Below are positions 55,354 through 64,000 of a stretch of DNA of 64,000 bases, in pieces. Below the pieces are notes generated by a model. It searched no databases and was not told the origin of the DNA. It worked only from the letters and a program-made list of their open reading frames with translations. The DNA is from Trichoplax adhaerens (Eukaryota > Animalia > Placozoa). Position 1 is the stretch's first letter, and every line of letters begins with the position of its first letter. The DNA lies in contig NW_002060943.1 in NCBI RefSeq assembly GCF_000150275.1, forward strand, positions 6,378,299 to 6,442,298. The letters are read 5' to 3'. Both the position numbers and the translations under genes were made by a program.

Positions 55354-57039
55354 CTATTGTGTATCCGTAAACATTAATATCCACAATTGAAACGATATGA
55401 AAATATTTCTCGACATCATATGATATTGAGGCCACCGCTGCATTTTGGTATGAGATCTCATCCAGTACTTTACATCTCCATCAACCAGTAAGGTTGTAAA
55501 GAATAATTGTAGGAAAAGGCATCTGTACATTTGAATCTTTTCAAATTCACTTATAATGCATAAACCGTAAAGTACATATGCAACAACGTATACCATTACT
55601 ATAGAACCACCACCAGGCATATGAATAATAAGAGCTTTACGATCTTCCTCGCTATTCATCAGTAACCATGCACTGCTAATAGCGTAGACGCCGAGAGCAA
55701 TACGGCCATAACGAAGAAGGTACTTGGTTTTGGGTTCTCCACTACGACGATCCGCATTAACGCCACCTGATATCATCACATATCCACCAATAAGACCAAG
55801 ATTTCTTGCAAAGAGTCTGACCTTATGGTATGAAATGGGAAAGGCAATAAATGCGAGTTAAGGCGTAATTTCATCTGTAAGCTAAGCAGTGTCAATAACA
55901 ATGTAGCACGTTGTTATGGAGTAATATTTGAATATTGTAACAGGCAGCTGAGGTAACTGCAGTATTATATAAAGATATATTTCCATTAAAAGTTGCGCTA
56001 TAGCTCAAGAACTGGCAGTCTCAGTAGCTATGTAATCATACACTACATACGAGTAATACAGAGCGTTTCTCATAGCTTTACTCACACGCATATATATTAG
56101 AGTAACGCTGTATACTTGTATAGCTGGTAGGTAATTACTGCTACTTCAACCTTCTTAAATAGTATATTCTGCAATAACTACGTACTCATTACGTTGGCAT
56201 TGGCTGATGCTATCAGAAGGTAGTAAAGTACAATAACCCAGTTGAAATACAACATTATGCACATCCGAAAGTATAATAGCTAGCATAGCCTAAAGCATTT
56301 ATTTCATGATTCGGAATAATAATGATTTTTAGTTTTGTATCTTTCAACTATCTAAATTAAGCGTTTTATTTAATTCATACTCTAACGTATACTCTAACGT
56401 ATAGGAATGTACTGCCTTGTACCACATGAAATAGCTGGTGTGATGACCTTGTCATCATGAAGATGACTCGATCTCAAAATGCAGCAATAATAAATTAATA
56501 CACTGACCACATATCGTATACGTCTACTTATAAGGGCGTGTACTGTATACTCGTATACGCGTCCGTTTACTATACAAGTGTACATCAAGGTAGTTAAGGC
56601 ATGCAAAAGACATTATTCAATACTTTTTGTACCATTCTATTTGCGTATTTTATTGCTAATATACGGTATTGCCCGGTTATAAGATATTAAGTATAACAAT
56701 CCAGTTATTACGTCTATCAAGTACCTTCGTCCACTGGTGATATTCTGATCTTAATGGAGAGCTTTGAATAGTTAAGGATATCAAGAACAGTTGCGCTGCA
56801 AATATCAACGCACACATACGTTTTTGGATATCGAAGCACATTCCAGTACCAACAGCAACAGCTAAAAATAAATAACCGATCAGGACATGATGTGGCATGC
56901 CGTAATCTTTTTCTACATGAGGTTGGACTGAAAGAGTTAAGCAGATGAAAAAAGCTTCGAGGAAAGGATAACGTTCGACAAGAAAGTTGCCAACTCGCAC
57001 CGCCTTTGCAGCAGGCACATCAAAGCCTAATATTAACAT
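55354..57039 (-). CDS. TMEM101: Transmembrane protein 101-like, 260 aa
   Basis: Exons 57039-56725 and 55821-55354 (phase 0). Motifs WTKVRLFARNLGLIGG, SEEDRKALIIHMPGG and LLVDGDVKYW resemble TMEM101. Confidence 0.85.
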
Positions 57040-57424
57040 CTTCTCAGGTATTTTCAATCAATAAATATTATCTAACACAGAATACAATAAAGTGACGATA
57101 GAGGGAACAAACTTTACACTTTACAGTAGCACATATATATCTGTATATGTAATTGCTAGCTTCCAATATCTCAAAATACTGAAAACGGACAGTGTTGAAG
57201 TTGATTGTAATCCAGTCGACTCTTCGTATCAATTGAACTCCAGCACGAATCAAGAGCTCATACAGTGCGTCTTAAAGGCTGAGTACTGTATAGTGTGCAG
57301 TAGAATTTGGAAGGCTAAGTTTTCTGAATGACTGTCCGAAGTCCACACCTTCTGTAGACTCGAGACGCCGAGTCGCTGATTGTTTTGCCAAGGCCCAACA
57401 GGATGGGGAGGGGTATTTAGCCAT

Positions 57425-57590
57425 AGAGTACAGTACAGTACAGTATAGAGGTTCATTAAAAAGAGAAAAATAACCGTCCGTCCATAGACTACTGGATGAA
57501 GCCTGGGCGTACAGTACTGTACAGTACAGTGTACAGTATCTAAAAAGGTCCATAAAACTGTGTGTACTGTACACTGTGCACTGTACCGCA
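57425..57590. promoter_or_regulatory. TMEM101/CDC50 bidirectional promoter with TACAG/CTGTA pentamer cluster
   Basis: gtacagtacagtacagtatag and gtacagtactgtacagtacagtgtacagta...tactgtacactgtgcactgtac lie between the divergent genes. Confidence 0.55.
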
Positions 57591-57811
57591 AGTCCATAGC
57601 GATCGAGTGTTTGTTTAAAAATAGAACCCTGATCATCGCTATCACGCGTTTGCGCAGTGGTACGGAAAAAACATCAAGTCGAACCGTAGTGTAGTGGTAA
57701 AAGAAAACCTTCTATGAACTGTGGCGATCGGTGGGAGCGAACTAATTTCATAGCATTCGCTGATTAATTCGAGATTGAAGAAACGTTGATAGGTAAAGCT
57801 ATTGAAGAAGA

Positions 57812-60800
57812 ATGTCTTCGCCTTCAGATGAAGCTGTAGCCTGTACAAAGCGCCCTGCAGGTTGTAAATCAATCGAACAGTACTATAAAAAGTATCTAAA
57901 AATCTTCAATAGAGCACAGTCAACTCAGATAATTTTGTACTATCATTAGCACAGTGAACGTGCTGTAGCAGTATTTATTTATTTACTCTGACAACTTATC
58001 TTTCCTTCTTAGTATTAATTCCAGTTGAAACGTTAACTACATAAGGTCTTGCTTTCTTCTCAATTTATAAGATACTATGACTGTATAGTTGTCTCCAGAG
58101 TATGAGGATGATTGTATTTCGTATGGATGGTTGATAATTGTTATTAATAGGAAATGTACAGCAATAGTCATGCACACATACCACTTCATATTGTGGCGTT
58201 TTATGCTGTGATCCTGTTCACTACAGTAGTGGCAGATAGCCTGTAATGTTATGGATTATCGATTTAGGGTTATATGTTATGATACAGCGTTAGGGTGATA
58301 TGCATGATGACATTTACTATATCCAATATGATCCAATGACTTTCATACAATCAATTTTACACTATACCATAGTCTATTGCCGGACACTTGAAATCATTCA
58401 TAATGTACAAATGAGCACAGTGATAGCAAGGAATAAGGAAAGAATACATTAAGTATGACTGATAGTGTTGGTTGAAGTGGAAAAATACGAACTGCTTTTC
58501 TTATGCAGTAGTACAATTTTGCATTTACTAGAGAGTCATGCTGGTAGTTTTTAGTTCTTTTTGCGTACGCGGTACATATATATTGCATTCGGCTATGAAA
58601 TAGGGCGGTGTTTTTCGAGTCTGTGTGCGCAGTAAACCCGTATGGTAAATCGAGTTTCAGCGAGTCCCCTGTAGCGCAAACTTTTAAAATTTAGTATGAT
58701 GAAACATAGCGAAGCTTATAAGACTATGTTCGATAGATAGTACTTTTATACAAATTACTCCACTAAGAAAAAGACTAATACAGGATAGCAACCAATTTTA
58801 CCGCTTGAAGTTTAGTTAATTTCAATAAGCGTTCTTTTACTGTACGTCTTGAATAACACAGTAGACTGACGAAAAACTCGAATCAGCCATTTTTTATATC
58901 TGTTCTAGTGTTTTTCTACTCATACAGTAGTGCTGTGTACATACAGATTTTACTCTACAAAGGCACGGTATCGGTACTATACCATGACTATACTACAGTA
59001 TACGGTACTAGCGTAGTTTTTACCAGAATTTTCTGTCATTCCGTCTGTACAACGACGCCATAACAATTTACTGTCTGAGTAGCTAGCTGTACTGCGAGTG
59101 TGACCAAATTTTTCAAAATAGTCATTGATGATTATATATGTTAACTATAAACAGTCTCCAACTGCAAATTTTTTTACACTGCTTTTAGCTATTTTTATTT
59201 ATTTCGCTGAAGATTTAAAAATAAAATAATTATATTGTATTGAACGTGTATACAGTACTGTACACTATCGCGATGCTTGAGTACCGGTTCATTCAGTGAT
59301 GAGCATTCCAAAAAAATAAAATAGTTATATAATTCATATTAACGTATTTCTTACTTGTGATACGGGTGATGTGTTGATATTAAGACATACAATAGCCGAT
59401 AGCGTCTTTTCTTGGTAACAGTTTATTTGCAGTTATATTCCTTTGCGGAGATGATTTGTAAATTTATTACTATCATACTCTACGTATCAACAGTAGGCGA
59501 ATATTGCTTGTATGCCTTGCTACGTTGACTGCCTGCTGCATATTATTACCTCATGAGTATAAACGTTAACAAGTGTGCAATCTCATCCGAAATCATAGAT
59601 ACCGCTTTCAAGCAACAGCGTATGAGAGCTTGGAAGCCGATAATGACTACCGGTTCTGTTGTGCCTGCTTTCCTGATTGTCGGTGTAATATTTCTTCCTC
59701 TTGGTATACTATTCCTATTTACTTCAAATAACGTAAGTATGCTGGATAGATGGCAACGTAGAAATAAATATCGTTTTAGTTGTACTACTATTGATTGATG
59801 GCTGATTAATTAAAAAAATGGATAAAATTTATGTTACCATGCATTTCTTAGCATCCATATTTATGTGCGTTCTTTTAAATTTATGCCTAGGTCAACGAGG
59901 TCGTGGTTGACTATACACATTGTAATGCCTCATCTGTATCAAATTCATTGTATCTTACAAGTCCCGGAATGAGTTGTGCCGACTACATTCAAACGACTAA
60001 TTTTACTGAAAATTGCTATTGTAATATAAGCTTTCAACTGTCATCAGCAATGACTGGCAAAGTTAGTATTAAAGCAACAATAGCGAAAAGCAGCGCTGAT
60101 TTCTATAGTATAATTAATCTTCCCGGAATTCTAGAATTATTTATATTAAATAATCGGTATACAACTATATCTGAATAGGTATACATGTATTATGGACTAG
60201 AAAACTTTTATCAAAATCATCGAAGATATGTTCGAGCGCGTTCTGACTACCAACTTCTTGGGAATCCAACTTATACAGTTAGCGATTGTGAACCGTTTAG
60301 ATATGCTAACGGAACAACCACTCCGATTGCGCCCTGTGGTGCAATTGCTAACAGCCTATTTAACGGTAATTGTTTTATTAGAGAATTGAATCTTAAGAAA
60401 TGATAATATTTGGATGAAGTCTTTGATGCATTTCGCATCAATATATACGATAAATTGCCCTCGAAACAGTTTTAATTATCCAGAGCAGTGCATAGGTGCA
60501 AACTATATGCAGTCAATTATCGTAATAGTTCGCTCTAGTAACTTATCCACGTCTGTTTTGGATAAATTTGTCGGTTAGATAACTGCAAGTTCTTTTATAT
60601 TTTTTTAAATTTTAAGCACATTAGGTGACCGTTAGATGCGTTAAATATGTAATTACTTTCTTATTTAAAAAATTCATCATACACTTTTAGATTCACTAAC
60701 TTTGACGTTCCAGAACACTACTGGTAATGTCAATGTTGGATTAATTGACCGCGGTATCGCTTGGAGTGTTGATTTGAGTATTAAATATAACAATCCTACC

Positions 60801-61801
60801 GTACAGACCGGATTTCCATTAAGGTATGGATTTAATGGTACGGCAAAACCTCCTTATTGGCGTAAGCCTGTATACGAGTTAAGCTCTGACCCCAACAATA
60901 ATGGCTTCAAAAATGAAGATCTCATCGTGTGGATGAGAACTGCTGCATTACCTCGCTTTCGTAAACTTTATCGTAAAGTAAATCACACTCAAGCAGGATT
61001 TGTAAATGGTTTACCAAGTGGAAATTATTTCTTCAATGTGGAATATAGTATCCTTTTCACTTTTTGCCATTTTGTACTGCATTAAATACTTCAAAATTAA
61101 GGTACATAATGTGGTAATGCCCTTGAATTATGTCCTCAACTGTAATATAATAGACTTTCCTGTGACGACTTTCAGTGGCAAAAAGCGATTGATACTATCT
61201 ACGGCATCATGGCTGGGTGGTAAGAATCCCTTCCTTGGAATTGCTTACATTACTGTTGGATCAATGTGCATTGTCTTAGGCTTCCTGTGCCTATTCTATC
61301 ATTATCAATATGCAAACAGGTAAATAGCATGCAATATTAACTTAATTTGCGGAGAATTTTGCAAAATCTCTTTTAGATCAATGTGCTTAGCAGCCAGCTT
61401 GCTAGACAATTAAACATATTATAGGCGCATCGGTATGAAAACCGCCCCTCGCAAAGAAAATAGTATAAGTTTTTTGCTACTGTAATAAATACTGCTGACA
61501 TAAATGCAAAAAAGAATTTAGGCATACTAGTTTATAGTGATTAAGCATTAAAGTTAAGGGAAACTATGGCGAAATTAAGATAGCGGGATTATATGTACTT
61601 ATAGCAGCCATAGAGAGCTATAATGCATTTAAGCTTAGTGCTTTTGGGATGTCTGGCGTTCGGAATTGTATCTTGAATTTGTATTTGTGGCTACCATGAA
61701 ATTATATTTCCTTTCCATTTTATTTCAGACCTCGTCAACTGGATGTAAGCAGTCGCAATAGTTTCACTACTAGAAAGTCACAGACTTCTCACGATTTTTA
61801 G
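57812..61801 (+). CDS. TMEM30A: CDC50/TMEM30 P4-ATPase flippase beta subunit, 378 aa
   Basis: Exons 57812-57860, 59599-59732, 59891-60061, 60179-60365, 60691-61047, 61154-61319 and 61729-61801 (1137 nt in frame). Motifs [60 protein letters not shown]. Confidence 0.93.
61048..61153 (+). other. U12-type (minor spliceosome) GT-AG intron in CDC50
   Basis: 5' site GTATCCTTTT; branch-like TCCTCAAC at 61133..61140, 13 nt from the intron end; no polypyrimidine tract. Splicing restores EYNFPV. Confidence 0.85.
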
Positions 61802-63944
61802 ATAGCATAATAGGTTCAATTGTTGATCAGGCAACAATTCTCCGACATAACATTTGGATTAGTTTATAAAGCAAGAACTATAGTATATTAACAGTCAATT
61901 CTATTTTCTTTTGTTATCGGCCATAAGCTTGGCACAGGACATTACAGGCCCAGTATACTGTACTCTAATAGTTGTTTGCCAAATTACTGTAACGCCAACC
62001 ATCAAATTTTAACATTGGACTAGATAGACTTAAAGTGGCTGTCCTTACGCATCGGCTTATTAACCTAACCTCCAGATCACTGCTAACAAATGATGAACCA
62101 TTTACAAAGTGTGATAATCCTTAGTTTACAATTTCAGGCTTTGACATTATATGTGTAACTATTTAGTGTATACGTGATATCTTTCTCTTGCGATCGCCTT
62201 CGGGCGATGCAACTGTATGCATTATTGTATCCTTATCGATGCATATATGTAATAATGATTCAGCTAATATAGATTGTTGATGGTAGTTACAATTAATCAT
62301 TTTGTTCATGAGTTCTCGTTGCGTTTTATCGGAATAATTGCAGATCTCGAACGGCGATCAGTCTATTAAATTGAAGACAATGTACTCATATAGCAACGAA
62401 TTATGAAAATTTCTTGAACAATCAAACGCATCGCTTTAGTTAATTTACCAAAGTGTCTAGATAATTTTATTTTATGAAGAACATTTGACTGTATTTTCTA
62501 CGTTTGTAAGCATTATAGCGTTTTGTATATGCTTATAACATTTCGGCGTCATATTTTCTGATTGTTTCTACACTACAAGTATGTTATAAATCGTATTAGT
62601 TAAAATTTAAATGCGTTCAACCATTTATAGACCAGTTAAAATGTGACGCTATCGAAACAATGATGCACACAGCCTTTCAACGTACATTTTACGCAGCATT
62701 ATAAAAGGAGAAGTATCGCTAGCTTTATAGAATAGATCGAATACTTAATACTTAACTTGATGACTGTAATTAACCATGCAACAAGCTAGTGGATGACACA
62801 TTTATGTTTCGGTTGTATTATATATATGCATATGCTATACAATATATAATAAATTTAAACATGTTTTGACATGACAAACCCAATAAAGGACATACATGTT
62901 ATCGATTTGCGCAGAAGTCATTTTTGCGAGTCATTTCGTATTATCTTATAAGGTTAAGATCCATAATTTTATAGCTTGCTATCATCAGAAAATGCTTCAC
63001 ATAGGTAATTAAAATTTTAATCAGTAATGACGGCATAGCATAGCAGCCGATCAGATGATGAATTCTGTTTCGACTATGTAGTGATTTCAGCTAATCACAG
63101 TAGTTTTGTGTACAGACTTCTACTATTTCAAATCTTGAACTTTAGATTTCGAATTTTTAAATTTTTATATATTCATGCTGGATAGAGTTTTCAATGTGAA
63201 GTCGTTCATGTATTTCATGCTCGGAAACATTCCTACTGAAGGTTAATAACTTACTATAGTATTAAAAAGTGCATCCTTGTTACATAAGGACCTTTAGGAA
63301 CTATAGTCTTGGCGGATTGATAACGGTTCGCAATCCTCGATATCAACTTAAAGTTGACAGCTTTATCCAACTAGGATGTTAGGCACTCTTTAACTCGTTA
63401 GAGCCGTCATTGAAATTCCTACTTTATTTTTGGTATTGTTGTATAAGTGATTAATCAGCGTTCTACTCGAGCCAATTCTTTAGTATTATTAGGTTAGGTT
63501 CTCGTTCACCTGTACAAGCTGTACAAACTCATATTTGTTAAAATGCAAAACTGCCGATTGATAAAAAAGCAGGCAGGCAAATTCTCACCGTTAAAATTAT
63601 ATTTATTTACGATTCAAGATAAAGTCAACTTGATCTCTTGATCTAGTGTAAAAGTTAGAATATAAAGTAAGATCAAGAAGCAGATTATGATTAAATAAAT
63701 TTGTCGAGCAAGTATTAATAGGACCTTTAAAAAATGTTTTTATGTTTGGATTCAACTTGAATTGCAACTAAAGTAACAACTGATTTCCTTGCTCTGTGAG
63801 TGATTGCAGCTATAAACTCTCTGCTAGAATCTACCATAAAGAGTATTTAGCTATGCCAATACAGATATTTCCTAGAAATGCTAGCTATTTTAAAATGCGG
63901 ATATGTAAGTTGATATTTTCAACATTACGATAAAATAGGTTAAG

Positions 63945-64000
63945 ATATCATTTAAAAGTTTAAATTTTACATTAAATATCATTTAAAAGTTTAAATTTTA
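63945..64000. repeat. 31-bp AT-rich tandem repeat running off the window edge
   Basis: ATATCATTTAAAAGTTTAAATTTTA at 63945 and 63976. Confidence 0.75.

Noticed and set aside
55900-56260. Possible LTR in the TMEM101 intron
   Set aside because: No matching TSD and no second copy in the window.
57068-57872. Cluster of overlapping short ORFs
   Set aside because: Products of the promoter, UTR and pentamer-repeat region; only 57812-57860 fits a gene model.
1-64000. CRISPR arrays, tRNA or rRNA genes, prokaryotic operons
   Set aside because: None seen; the sequence is spliceosomal-intron-rich eukaryotic DNA.

Overview
AT-rich, intron-rich animal genomic DNA; the short introns, low GC and receptor pseudogene content resemble a placozoan such as Trichoplax, but this is inference. 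I built gene models by hand from GT-AG sites, phase arithmetic and recalled family motifs. The window holds: the 3' end of one NACHT/WD40 (NWD1/2-like STAND) paralog; a second near-complete DUF4062-NACHT-WD40 paralog with one frameshift; RASEF/Rab45; an RFX4-like transcription factor, mostly missed by the ORF track; and two divergent pairs, REXO4/kish (TMEM167, absent from the ORF track) and TMEM101/CDC50 (TMEM30, with a U12-type intron). Non-genic features are four solo LTRs from two families, a telomere-like 12-mer satellite, and decayed class C GPCR and LRR-GPCR relics. The best candidate novel system is the tandem NLR-like STAND pair. Both end, via a separate last exon, in a Ras-like S-x-C-CaaX lipidation signal, and the second has an RFX X-box upstream, suggesting membrane- or cilium-tethered STAND sensors. 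Second best is the dense TACAG/CTGTA pentamer clustering at both bidirectional promoters. No database searches were possible.
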